In this document: in pieces, positions 47,801 to 61,039 of the stretch | Layout: each line of letters starts with the position of its first letter | Position numbering within the stretch: position 1 is the first letter of the stretch | DNA from: Takakia lepidozioides | Taxonomy: Eukaryota > Plantae > Bryophyta | Direction: 5' to 3' | NCBI GenBank assembly: GCA_030704615.1 | Contig: CM060733.1 | Coordinates: 75,888,001-75,952,000 of the forward strand | DNA: 64,000 nucleotides | Made by a program: the position numbers and the translations under genes | The notes under the pieces: model-generated | Told to the model about the DNA's origin: nothing | What the model saw: the letters and a program-made list of their open reading frames with translations, nothing else | Database searches by the model: none

Positions 47801-50208
47801 GACACATTGTGTGTAAGAGGGGACTTCTTGTGGATCCCAGGAAAACAGAGGCCATTAAAGCCTCTCCACCACCAGTGAATGTTAAGAGTCTAAGGAGATT
47901 CCTTGGGCAAACCAGTTATTACAGAAGATTTGTCAGACGGTATGCACAGATAGCAGCACCATTGAGCAAACTTCTGAAGAAAGATGCAGTGTTTACATGG
48001 ACACCTGAATATCAACAGGCTTTTGAGGAACTTACATTGTCAGTAACAACTACACCTGTGCTGATTAATCCTCACTGGCAGAAAATATTTCATGTTCACT
48101 GTGATGCTTCTGGAGAAGCACTAGGAGCAGTGTTAGCCCAAAATGTTACAGGAAGGATAGATTCACCTGTGTACTATGCTAGCCGATTGATGAACAATGC
48201 CGAAAGAAATTATAGCACAACGGAAAGAGAAGCATTGGCAATGATCTATGCAGTGAAGAAATTCAGGCATTACCTGTTGGGCAAGAAGTTTATGTTCTAT
48301 GTGGATCACCAGGCTCTGATATACCTAGTAAACAAACCTCTGATAAGCGGAAGAATAGCAAGATGGTTGATAATCTTGCACGAGTTTGAGTTCGAGGTTG
48401 TTTACAAGCCTGGGAGGCTGCATCTTGTGGCGGATCACTTGTCACGGTTATCAACAGGAGAACCAGCCACGGGAGTAGATGATCAATTACCAGATGCGAG
48501 TCTATTTGCAGTGGAGGTGCAGGGAAGTGCAGATGACTGGTTAGATTGGCAATGGCCAATCAGATACTACCTTGCTCATGGTCAGTGCCCACCAAGTTAT
48601 GGAAAGGAGCAGAGAAAGAGAATTGCTATCAAGGCTCTACCTTACACTATGGTAGGGAGCAGAATGTATAAGCTAGGACCAGATGGAGTGCTGAAGCGAT
48701 GCTTATACCACCATGAAGTTAATAAAGTTTTGGAGGAAGTTCATAAAGGAGTGGCAGGAGGTCATTTTGGAGAAGAGACTACCAGTAGGAAGATACTACA
48801 TGCAGGTTACTGGTGGCCTACTTTGTTCAAAGATGTACACAAGTATTGTCAGAGTTGTGATGAATGTCAGAGGCTAGGACCTTTGCAGAGATCTGGGAAG
48901 ATGGCTTTGCATCCTACCATGCCTACGGAACCATTTCAGAAATGGGGACTAGACTTTGTTGGACCAATTAACCCACCAGCCAAGAATACACAGAACAGGT
49001 ACATAATTACAGCCACTGATTATACTACGAAGTGGGTGGAAGCTAAAGCTTTGAGGGACAACACAGCCAAGTCCACAACAAGGTTCCTGTATGAGAACAT
49101 ACTTACACGATTTGGCTGTCCCTTGGAATTTATCAGTGATCAGGGAAGTCACTTCATTAATGAGACCATTGAATCATTGACTAAAGAGTTCATGATTGTG
49201 CATAGGAAGAGTACAACATATTACCCACAGGGTAATGGGCAGGCAGAGGCTACCAACAAAATACTATGTACTATCTTGGCTAAGATAGTCAATGCAAACA
49301 GAACGGATTGTAATACAAAGCTGCTGACAGCTTTGTGGTCATACAGGACTTCATATAAAGTCACCACTAAGTATACACCATTCCAATTAGTTTATGGTAT
49401 GGAAGCTTTACTTCCAGTGGAATTCCTGTTACCTACCATGAGAACGGAATGGGGAAAGAGAATGGAATTGCAAGATTCAATTAAGGTCAGGAAACATGAA
49501 TTATACCATGTGAAAGAAGTACGTGCTGATGCAGCTGATAACATGACCAGAATTCAGATGAAGAGAAAGGAACAGTTTGATGAAGGCAAGATAAAGACTT
49601 TTAAGACGGGAGATTTGGTTCTCTGGTTGCAGAAGAAGGGAAAGATTAAAGCTTCTAAGCTTAAATCACCATAGAAAGGACCTTATGTCATACAGAAGAT
49701 GTATGATAACAACACCGCCATGTTACAAACCATTAACAAAGAGATACTGGGAAGAGTCAATGCCAATAAGTTGAAGGGATACAGTGGTATCCATGACAAA
49801 CCATTGCAGTATGATTTGCATGTTGAAACGCAAAAGCAGTCACGGGCTGCGCCAGTGATACCAACAGAGTATGGAGCACTTGTTGCTAGGCCGAGCATAT
49901 ATGACCAGGGTGGGCAGTACAGGCGCGACACAGCCTATCACAGCCCAGCACGGCGCGACACAACATATCACAACCCAGCACGGCGCAACACAGCCTATCA
50001 CAGCCCAGCACGGCGCAACACAGCCTATCACAGCCCAGCACGGCGCGACACAGCCTATCACAGCCCAGCACGGCGCAACACAGCCTATCACAGCCCAGCA
50101 CGGCGCGACACAGCATATCACAGCCCAGCACGGCGCAACACAGCCTATCACAGCCCATCACAGCTTACCACAATGCCACACAGCCTATCACAGCGTACCA
50201 CAGTATGA
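44881..50208 (+). pseudogene. gag-pol polyprotein in a single frame with a few nonsense codons
   Basis: Three CX2CX4HX4C knuckles; LIDGGSGVN protease; RT YSFMDGFSGYN, MPFGLCNAPATF, FLDDF; RNase H CDASGEALG...YSTTERE; integrase H-H-C-C and WGLDFVGP...SDQGSHF...GNGQAE; GPY motif. ORFs 44881, 46411 and 49699 are in the same frame. Confidence 0.93.
49920..50165 (+). repeat. 30-bp tandem repeat x8 (cacagcctatcacagcccagcacggcgc[g/a]a)
   Basis: Direct inspection; reads (RR[D/N]TAYHSPA)n in the pol frame. Confidence 0.95.
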
Positions 50209-50941
50209 CACAGCCTGTCACAGCACAACACAGCCTACTAGGGTTACACAATCCATAGGATCAGTGACAGATGGACGTGGGTTAACATCCGGAGAGTGGC
50301 CAGCGGAAAAGTGGACGAAGGCACGTGTAGAAATGGACACGTGGACGCCAGGGCGAGACACACAGCCGGACATGGATTGCAAGAACGACTGTCATCAAGG
50401 AAAAAGACAAAATTGGCCGTCAAAGTACCTACCCGGCACATTAACTTATTATGGGCCCATTAATGCATACGGGGAAAGGGTAACGGAACCCTTAAAAAGT
50501 ACCGAAAAGTGAAATCCATGTCACATGTGCTATCCTAGTGGACAGTCCAGAGTGGAAAATCCATGGAAGAAAATGAAATCTAAAATCCAGTCACAGCAGT
50601 TACAGCATATCAAAAGCCAGAAGCAGAATCAAGAAAATGGAGGAATTTTAAGCGCAAGAGTCGGCGTCGTTCCAAGTAACGGGCGTCACGACGGGACAGA
50701 CCATCAATGCTATAGCTTTGAAGCTATGGAGGAACTAACAGACTATACGCTCGCGATACTACTTACGCAGTGGCACGGGGATAGAAGAACAGAGAGTATC
50801 TTTTCTCTTAATCGATGCTTGCAAGCCCTGTAGGCTTACAAGAAATTACCCATAGCATTTTGTGGCAACCATACGTTTATGTTTTGTGCCCTGCAGGCAT
50901 TTCTTCAATTGTTACAGCCAAAACCTTTCTGTGGGTCTAGA

Positions 50942-53900
50942 ATGAAGAGAGTGAGAGGAATGGAAGAAATCAGGGTGAAGAGCACCACAATCCTGCAGAA
51001 ACAAACGATTGCTACTCCACAGGCGGTACAGTTACTGAAGGAACTGCGATTAGAAGGATTGCAAAGCAAAGATTGGACATTGCACCATAGGCAGTACATG
51101 TTACAATTCTTACAGAACTTTGAGCCGAGGACAGGAGCAACAACGGTGAAGGGAGTTGAATTAGAAATCACTCCCCTATACCTACAGCAATTGTTTGAAT
51201 TGCCATCAGGTCAGGTGCATGTGGAGGAGCACAGGGCAAGACTGCAAATAGGGGACTTATTCCAAGAAGGGAGTTTCTTTAAAACTCAGGGTTATGCTTG
51301 TACCAAGGCCGTCAACCCAGGGCTAAGGGAGGTAGGCCAGGTATTGAACGTTCTGTTTGCCATGAAAGAGAACCAACAGTATTTGATCAGATCCTTCACA
51401 GAGGAAATACTCAAAGCCTTGAGAGGAGAAGAGGTAGCATGGGCGGACATAATGTACAACGCACTGGCACTGTCGTAAAGTCTCCTATCATAGTGTCTGG
51501 CCCAATCATTGCTCAAATAATTCTTGATTCTTGCATACTTGATGCTCGGGAAAGAAAGGAGATGGGAGTGTTTGAGACCGAAACCACTGCAATGGAAGAG
51601 CAAGGCTCTTCACACAGTGAGGGTGGACTGGCAAGGCAACCCCAGTCTAAGAGACAGAGGCGGGGAAAGACTGTAGTGGCGGATCCACTGGCTTCACGGA
51701 AACCGCATGATAATGTTTCCCAAGCTCTTGTGCAGGAAGGGGCACAGCAGCACAGAGAGCTGCTACTATTGGAAGCAGGGCCTTCAGAGAGGGAAGAGGA
51801 AGTTACTTCAGTATCACAGCCATCACAGCCATCACAACCAGATGATCGGCTTGTCACAGAGTTACCACAAGTTGTCCATGCAGTTCCACCACAAATAATT
51901 GATTTGGAGAAAGAAGGGTTAGATATCCCCACTACAGAACAGGTGGTGGCAGAAATTGAGAAGGAGAACCTTCTCTATGAAAATTCTGGTTTGGTCAGGG
52001 AAACAATGATTGCAGAGGTGCAACGGTTGTCCAGGGGAAACCCTGCTGTGCATATAATACACACACCTGTGACGGAGGTACCACAGGTAGAATGTCAAGA
52101 CACTGCAGCACCTGGGACAGATGAAGTGGTTCAGGAAGAAAATCTGGTGGGGCAATGGCCTGAATGGTTCGTGAGGCATCACACTGTTGAGGATCAGGGA
52201 GAACAGCAGCAAGCTCACCATGATGACCCTCAACAGGCCATGCTTATGAGTTCCATAAGCAGGACACTTAATTTGTTGGGCACTTATTTCAAATCCCATG
52301 TTCCAACTACCCAATTGGCAGCTTTGAGGGAGGAACTCAGGAAGGAGTTTGAGGCTCGACTTGCCACTGAGTGTGCAAACAAGGTCGATGAGGAGGTCAC
52401 TCTCAAGATACAGCAAGACTTAGAGAGTACAAAAGTTGTTTTGCAATTGGCCAAGGAACAATTGATTGAGGTAGGCCTCGCGCAAGACCAGTTGCACGAA
52501 GCACATAAGCAACAGCTATACCAAATGCAGGTGAAGCATGAAAGCAAGTTGCAAGAAGTGAATGCACTACATACAGAGTTGCAGACAGTGCATGACAGGA
52601 TGGCCATACAATGTGCTACACTCACAACTACGCTTGAGCACACTACATTAAAAGTTAACAGTCAAGCGGAAAGATGTACGAAGGCAGAGGCAGAGAATGT
52701 CGAGCAAGCGAAACTCATTGTCGATATGAAGAATACAATCTGTCGCAATGAGAATACCTTCAAGCAATACAGGCAGGTTGAAGCTGACTAAGAGAGTTAC
52801 ATCCTGGAATTGCAACAAACGCTCATGTCCAATAGAAATGAACTCTCTGTGGCTAACAAGGCTTGGAAGGAAGCCAATAATCTGGCTGCTGCATATGCGA
52901 ATTTGGTTGAACCTCATGCGAAGCGCATGGAGGCTTTACAGCAGCAGATAGATGTGTACAGGCTCACAGAGGAGCAGACTCTCAGGGGTGCCACAAGCAA
53001 CTTGGTGGATAACCACCTTATGAAGGTCTGGTTAGCACAAGGGCCGGTGGAGGGCAAAGCACCACGAAAGCTCACCCAAAGCGAGATGAATGAGCTCAGA
53101 CTGCAAGTGCAGAACATTGCCACAACTACTATAGACAATGTCTATAGTAGGATAGCGGAGCTACAAGAGGATGTAGACGGCCTGCAGACTCAGGTGGAGG
53201 ACCTGACATCAAATATTGACAAGAGAGTCTTTGTACCTGAGGAGCAACCGATGGCTTCTTATTTACAAGCCAGAACTTTGGCTTTTCAGTCTTCTTCGCA
53301 GGGGGTGCAGGAGCCAGTACCACCAACACCACAACAAGTCACTGTGTCAGTAGCTGACCTTGTTGTTACTACAGCCACACCACAGTCACCACAACCTGAG
53401 GTATGGGGGAATGCTGCTTTTAACCCACCTAAAACTTCTGCTGCACGGGAGTACAGTCGGGCTATGATTATGCCCTTCAGCCAAATTCCCATTGTGTTGG
53501 ATTTGGCTTGGAAGGAATTTAGTCCTCCGCAGTCGTTGGCACATTACTATCAAATCATGCGCATTTGGCTGCCAGTGGCAACTAGGACTAAAGTTCTTCC
53601 GAACAATCGACCAATTGAGGATCATCACTTTGCGCAGTACTGGCATGAGGCAAGTACCATGTTGAAGGAATTAATTGTCTTCCAAGTTGTACATGGATTC
53701 ATTTATACCAAGATCAAAGAGGTAGCAAGTATTGTCATGGGCTGCGGGTTATACTACGCTGCTTGTTTTCTGGTACGTTATCACAGTGAGCAGCAGAAGA
53801 TGCAAACGCGCTTTCTGAGTTATTCCAGTGGGGATCATTGGGTCTTACCTTCAGTGCCACCTCATATGTATCTATATGAGGCAAAAGTTATGATGCAAAA

Positions 53901-54465
53901 GGATTCTCAGATTCGTTCATGGTTTCATGCGGCCTGGAACAATTTGTCAACACAGAAATTCGGCCCTGACGATATTTTCTTTAAGGGACATGAGGCATGG
54001 AAATACTTGCACAATTCACAAGTCATTGGTACCCCACTCACTTGGACAGACAATGAGCTTGGGGTCTTCACCAATTTTGCAATTCAGCGCTTACAACAAG
54101 TTTTACAGTTTAAACTTCCAGACATGCTGGGACAACATTGTATGCCCCAGAGAATTCCAGTTAGAGTTCGACCGTTAAAACACCTCAGGGGGGACGAGGA
54201 TTCTGATACTACTGTTTCTTCAGCGGACTCTTTTGACATGGCAGAGGACTATGCAATTCAGATGGCAGAGAAGAAGCGACGGGGGTCTCCTATGCCTGAA
54301 AGATTACCTCGATATCGGCCTCCAGAGGGACTGACATATCCAGGTAGTGTTCAATCATCTCCGTCAACCAGTGACAGACCTCGGGCTCGCACACAGAGTC
54401 CTTCACGAGACTCTCAACGTCAGAAGGGTGCTCGCTCACAAAGGTTTGCTAATCCCAAACAGTAA
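50942..54465 (+). pseudogene. Extra (sense) ORF of the gypsy element, ~1170 codons, one frameshift (~51470) and one stop (52789-52791)
   Basis: N-terminus VKGVELEITP...LFELPSG...EEVAWADIMY resembles the 'putative plant transposon protein' domain of retrotransposon extra ORFs. Acidic linker, long heptad-rich region, aromatic-rich C-terminal domain. ORFs 51298 and 52810 are in the same frame. Confidence 0.7.
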
Positions 54466-54503
54466 ACCGTGAGGACACGGTTTTTTGAGAGGGGAAGGGG
54501 TAA

Positions 54504-55332
54504 TGTTAGAGGACTGCCAGGGACTTAGGCACTTTTATGAGTTCTGTGGGGTCTGGGACTTAGACATTTTTATGGGTTCCAAAAGGTACTCTTATTTTTT
54601 ACATAGACCAGTCACAGCCCATCACAGTCACACAGCCAGTCACAGCTTAACACAGCCGACAGAGCCCGACACAGTCGCACAGCCAGTCACAGCTCGACAG
54701 AGCCCGACAGAGCCCGACACAGTCCAACACAGCCCGTCACAGCCGCCACAGCTTCGCACAGCCCTACACAGCCCGACACAGCCAGTCACAACCCGCCACA
54801 GCGTGATACAGCCAGTCACAACTCGGCACAACTGGGGAACAGTTACCATTGGCAGGGAACGACTGTGGGGAACGACATCTGAAAAAAGGAACGTGTACTA
54901 CAGAGATAACGGTTAGTTAGGAAAGCGGTTAGAACGGCTAGTAAAGAGATAAAGCGGGAAGCGGGGACATCGGAGGGGATCACTTCTGGGGGAAGAGGAT
55001 CACTTCTGGAAGGACTTCGGGGGGGGGGGGGGGGATCACAACTTGGAAAGGAAGCGGAGAGCGCATCTCTGAGCAGAAAGAGGGAGAGCACGGAGTAGGA
55101 GGAGAACGATCTGTTGATACTTGCTGAATGCAAGAAGTAGAGTTGTAATGTAGAGCAGAATAGAGACACCATGGCTTCAGCCTGATACTTGATAGATATT
55201 AATCTGATACATACTTCATACTCACACTGTGTAGAGAGACCTGAGTGAAGCTGTGGAATGAATGGATGGAACTTGATAGATTTCTGAAGCAAACTGATAC
55301 TTAATTACAGATAGTAAGGTAACTCGCTAACA
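54504..55332 (+). mobile_element. 3' LTR (829 bp) with CACAGCC-type decamer repeats
   Basis: TGTTAG...CTAACA inverted ends directly after the PPT; repeats at 54605-54835. Confidence 0.85.
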
Positions 55333-55399
55333 TGAATGCGGGAAGGAGTACAAATAGGAAACACCCCCCCATGATACACTAGCTGTAGGTCATGACTGA

Positions 55400-56230
55400 T
55401 TGTTCTGAGCGGGCTGAGTGCTTAGAGATTTCCAACTCTTCTATCTTGGAGTTCCCACCTCGGATAGCGAAGGGATGGGTGAGTAAAAGCCGCGCGACAA
55501 TATTGTCTTCAGGTTGCCCACACAACAGGCATTTGCAATCCCCTTCCTCTCTGCATATGTTTGCTGTTCAAGGTAGGCTTCCCGCCCAAAGTTTAAATTT
55601 CAGTCTAATGCCCAAAGTGGGTAGACCCTTGAGGTCATCCATGATGGCCTCACTCATGTCACCGACTGGAAATAAGTTTTTCAGGGAAGTTTTCTGCCTA
55701 ATTTCATTTTTGTCAGACAATTTCCTGGCAACAGACATGGCTTTGGACCCCATAGCCTCTAGGTCAGAATTATCCAGCAGGGTCAAAACTTGCGGACTCA
55801 GAATCAGATCCTTGAAAACCGCTTCGGACTTAACCTGTTTGATAGGGCAATCCTGCTTCCAAGATAGAGTTGATTAACTTAGGGTATGTGTTCTTAGTCC
55901 TACATTGCAGCTGACCTGCATACGAGACCTATCACTGCATCTATACCCACCCTATCTCTCCAACTTCATTCGATTTGCATTTGCTGACATTGTGATCATG
56001 CTTGCTGTAAGGTCTGATATTGCTAGGGAGGAAGCCATGTTGCTGCAAGAGAAATTCCCTCGCAGAAGTGCGGAAGCCCCAAGTTGTGGAAGCCACAACT
56101 TCTGTGCGGATTCTTGTTACAAACGATAGTGGGGATTGCATTTCTCATGCTTTGCATTTCAGACCGAAACCTAGAAGTCCATCACCTTTACTAACGAGGT
56201 CGGAAAATGACAACACGTCACGTATGTCCT
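55400..56230 (-). mobile_element. Possible degenerate LINE ORF2 C-terminal fragment
   Basis: LKFKLWAGSLP...CKCLLCGQPED resembles a zf-RVT region; heavily degenerate. Confidence 0.35.
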
Positions 56231-56814
56231 AAACCGTTGTGGAAGGGTCAGCAAAAACCTATTTTAAAAGCTGACATACCGTTAAAGAGCCTTTCAGAAA
56301 TAGTTGTCAAAACAGTTCATAAAACAGTTGGTAAGCAGTTATGTGCCTTTACCGACCCATGTGAAATGACGGCAGAGACCGACATCCCATGCCATCCCAA
56401 TGTGTTCAGCCACGTGGAAGCCGACAATGCATTCATTGAAGGGTTTAAGAGAAATTGGCGGCGAACGAATAAAAGATGTTGAATCGGGAGAATCCAAAAA
56501 ATCTAGTGAAATAAGTCATCCATCCGTATCAAATCTATGTGATGGCCATACCTCCATAATGAAAGACGGCGGCCATTGCAGAATGGATGAGTGTGTCGTT
56601 AGGAGGGGGACACGTATGCAGTAAATACATGCATAACCGCCAAGAGCGATGCCCCGGCTGCTATTCATCGCACAACGTCTCTCATCCCAGTAGATCGTAG
56701 TTTTTCAAGTTGGAGAGTAGCAGGAGACAGAGTTCCGCGCAAAAGAGTGGAAGGCGTAGAAGACAGTCATTCTTTTTTACTTCAGCGCGAGAGAGGAAGA
56801 AGGCAAGAGAGAGA

Positions 56815-59800
56815 ATGAAAGGTCGCAAGCTGAACATGACACTGAAGGAGATCGCAGAGGAGAGCGCGGCCCTGGAAACCAAACACATGGTGGGGGAGGA
56901 CCAACTGCCAGCTCCTGATGAACTTGGGGACGAAACTGCGTCAGAGGACGACACAGACGCTATGGACACAGACAAGCCAGACGTTGTTGCGAAGGAATCC
57001 ACGCCGAAGGGGAAGAATGTCGTGGAGGAGGAGGTGACGCCGAAGGGTAAGAAGGCTGCCCAAACTGGGAGGACGGCCGCCATTGTTGCTACATCGAAGG
57101 CATCTGGGAGTTCTTCAGCCAAAGGACCTAAGGTGATTCTCTTATTTGCTATCTTCAGTCAAGTTTCCAGGGCATGAAAATTACGTGCGGTGGCGCACGC
57201 AATTTTCTTGCCCTCTTTTCTGCTATTTTCTGCTTGATCATTCAGAGTAAGACCACAGGAATGCAGGCAATGCACAACACCCAAACCCGGGGGCGACCCA
57301 CTACTCACTTTTCATCTACTGCATAGGAGGAGGGACTTTCACATTTCATAATGGTTGTACCATCCCAGTTACTGAGATTATAGTTCCAGAAATGAGAGAA
57401 GGCCATAGAGAGAACCTCCAGAAATTGCGTGCATCGACGCACGCAATTTCTGAGTGTTCTCTCTATGACCTTCTCTCATTTCTCGAACAATCATTACCCT
57501 ATTCTCCGAAGTTACAGCTGTGATGTGTTAGCAACGACAGAAGCCCTGGAAACTCCGCAAAGTAAGTGTGAGAGAACCCCCAGAAATTGCGTGAGTCAAC
57601 ACACGCTGATTCTGGAGGTTCTCTCACACTCACTTTTCTGCCTGCAGCGAAATTTGATTGACTGTCTGCAGCATACTTTTATGGAAGAGAGTAGATTGAT
57701 ATTGGGTATGAAATAGGCAAGGAAATGAGTACTTTTCAGAGGGTAGAAAATTGCGTGCATTGAAGCACGCAATTTTTGGCAAGTCTTTTACATGCAAAAT
57801 ATATCACTTTGAGTGCAGACGAAGAAAAAGAAAGGTGTTGCTCAGGTAGAGGACAAAGTGATTGAGCAGGAACTGGTGGTTGTTGAGGAGGAGGACGATG
57901 GCAGGCCATACGAAGACAGAGCAAAAGATCTGCTTTCCTTCTCTAAAGTGAATTCGACACAAGTCATCAAGGCCATGGGCGTCCCTGGGGGAAAAATAAT
58001 GATACCCCTATGCCGTTTGATCTCCATGCCCTTTGTTCGACCAGCTCTCACGAATGACATTCAAAAGTTGGAACAGGATTTTTGCCATGGGTACATAGAG
58101 GGTCAATCTGTTTTTTACGTCTCCTTGGCGGACTCCGCTGGTAGAGAGGTGTTGGTCAACGAGTCCATTGTTGGAGGCTGGGATCCTATCTGGCGACAGA
58201 TAAACGAGGAGTTCGAATCTATCATTTGCAAGAGGCTCGTCACCCAGCCTTTCTCAGGCAAGATGTTTCATGTTTGGGATGGCAACCACCGATTGCTTGC
58301 CTGGAGGAACATGATCGAGAGATATCATAGCACCGAGGCGGAGTGGCACTACTCTGTGGCCTCAATGGTGCTGGATCCCAAGGGAAACATCACTGCACTG
58401 TTGACGGCAATGCATGACGTTAACAAGTAAGTGTCTTCTTCACCTTTTTTTGTCCGCCTTTTTCCCATGACTGTCTGTTCGCTTTTAGCACTCACTGACG
58501 ACATACCATTGTATGTGACAGGGGAACTGAAACCGCCCATGTGACAACGAACCTTCTTCACACACTATTCAGGATCCAGAATATCGGCCAGATGCCCCTC
58601 AATTCAAGAGCATCCTGAGTGCGGAGTCATTCAAGAAATGCTTGACATTGAAAACGTCAGATACCTGGTACAAGCTGACGAGGGAAGCATTCATGGAGTA
58701 CATGTACACGGTAAGTATTCCATAGCTCTGGCCTTCCATTGTCTGTTGTGATTGTCAGTAATAACTGATCTAATTCCGGATTACGTTTTGTAGCAAGAAA
58801 TAGCTGAAGCTGGAGAGAGAGGAAAAGCAGAGTACTATTTGAAAAACCCGGAGGGTATGAGAACGTCCAAGGGAGTGGCGGAAGCCATGAAGTTTACGAT
58901 GAATGAGATACGGAAGAAGCTCATGAGCGCTTTCGTGAAGCAGCTGAGAATAACTGACCCTGATTTTGGTCCCGAGTTCCTTAACCAGGTGAGGATCCAC
59001 CAAACCGGAGATGACACAAGAAAAGCTTCACCAGTTGTCAACTGCAGCGGAAGAAGCAGACCAGAAAGTGAAATGGTTGGAGATTTGGAATTCCGACCCA
59101 ACTGTCAAGGATACATACTGCTTCTCTAGGGGTAAAAGAGATGAGGACACTGGGCACATCGAACCCTTCAACGACCAAGTTCTCGATACATGGTTGCACA
59201 ATGCCACCTACTGGAGCCAGGTAGTTTTTAGGACTTTCTTTGCTTGAAATTTTGAGAATATCTTCCCACGCATGGACTCTAACCCATGCTTATGTATCCC
59301 TGCAGATTGAAGCTCGTGCAAACAAGGTGCTGGAGAAACAACTTCATGATTACAAAATTACCATGACCATGCCCGAGGACACTCTGGAGGATTACTTGAG
59401 GCAGTGGAAGGCCACTGCTTGGAGCAAGTGCTTCTTCAGAGAGTTTTCCCGAGATGGAGGCATCTCCCGCACAAATGACTTTGACCAGCAGTACGGAGCG
59501 GAGGGAGCCATGAAGAGGGTCCTATACAGGTTCGTTAATTTTGTTTTGTGTTTGAGAGCTATCTTTGGCAATCAGTAGACAGGCAGTTTGTGGCCATGCA
59601 AAACTGTGTGCGCCAACGCATGCAATTTTGGAGGGCCACAAACTCAGGTATGTTTTCCCCTCCATCATGGATTTCATTGTTTCGTTGGCAATTCTGAATG
59701 GAATATCTTTCTGCCGAGAATGGGATATCTTTCTGCATATGGAACCCTTTGTTTTGTCTTGTTTTTACATATGTTACTTGTGAGTGGATTTCGGTTGCCT

Positions 59801-60730
59801 CATGCTCAAGTATGTGTGCACCCCAAAATTGTGTGCGTCGACGCACGCATTTTGGGAGGGCCGCACTACATGTTTTTTTGCCTTCAATGTCTAAAAGTGT
59901 ACCTCTTTTGTTTTGTAGGTGTATCAAGAACGTGCTCATTCCGGGGAAAAACCTCAGTAAGTACCCTGCCTTCATCGATTTGTGGTCTGACCCCTCTAAC
60001 AATCAGACCATGTACACGGCAGCCATCCTCAGGGACTACGGGAGATATCACCTGAAAGACTGCTGCTGGTATCTTGACATTCCCAAATCAGATTGCCCCT
60101 GGTATGAGTTGCAAACACGGAACCAGAACGACAATGCGGAGTCGTTGGCCCCCTCTAACTGACAAGGAATTGCATGAGAGGAATCTGCGGAACCTCGTTG
60201 AGAAGAAACCCGCAGCCAACAAAACTCCTGCAAGAGGGAAGGGAAAGGGAAAGGGTACAAAGGACAAAGGGAAGGAGAAGGCCACCCAAGGGGAGGCTGC
60301 GGGGGGTGAGGTAGCGCAGACCCCAATTGCAAACAAGGAACAAAAACGTAAGGGGAAGTTTGAGCCATACGACGCAGTGGAGCACCCATCCAGAATCCAG
60401 CGAGAATGTAAATGAGAGCTTGTCAATGATTCATTCCTTGCCATGATGGAGTGCAAAAAATCTGGTTACACTGGAGAACCCTCTCGGACTTGGGGCAAGC
60501 TGTGTGCATTCCTTGAGTCGGTAAGCCAATTCCCACTATTTGTTGACGTTAATGTTTTCCATTTTGGATAGTGATTTAATTTTTGCCTTCTATCTGTTTT
60601 CAGGTTTCGAAGGGGCAGTGTTAGGTCAATGGTGCTCAAAAATTGTGTGGTGCCGACATGGTGATTGTGGACATTCCGGATGATGTCGATGATACTGCAC
60701 AAGTTTCAGGGGATAGTTCTAGTGACTGAA
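56815..60730 (+). pseudogene. Multi-exon gene with a ParB/Sulfiredoxin-like domain, probably TE-borne (exons 56815-57132, 57819-58426, 58522-58710, further exons to ~60730)
   Basis: IPLCRLISMPFVRPAL..DIQKLEQDF.HGY.EG..VFYVS...MFHVWDGNHRLLAW (GxxR-type motif). GT-AG junctions; frameshift in exon 3. Confidence 0.65.
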
Positions 60731-61039
60731 ATGCCAATTTCATCATTTTTGGGGGTCTCATGATGTTCTGAGTTTCAGACATTTTGTGTCCCTCCAAAAT
60801 TTTGTAATAAAATTTGTGCATGTTCGTTGTAATGTCGTTAAAAGATGGTTTCTCATTTTCATGGCGTGTATGCATTTACAATAGTGGCTTCTATGCACTT
60901 CATACAATGAACAGTTATATCTTGGCTTGTAGGCTTTGATTGTAATGTACAGCAAATAGCTTTTTTTTTGAGTTTGAGTTTGAGTTTCTCATTCGCATCA
61001 TTTTGGCAATGTGCATTTCAAAGGGTTTAAGGTGCAAGC

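Larger units (their letters stand above)
44863..55332 (+). mobile_element. Ty3/gypsy non-chromovirus LTR retrotransposon, 5'-truncated, with an extra 3' ORF and a 3' LTR
   Basis: gag-PR-RT-RH-INT order, PPT GAGAGGGGAAGGGG, LTR TGTTAG...CTAACA at 54504-55332. No 5' LTR found in the window. Confidence 0.92.

Noticed and set aside
49840-50161. Cys-rich repetitive antisense ORFs
   Set aside because: By-products of the stop-free 30-bp tandem repeat.
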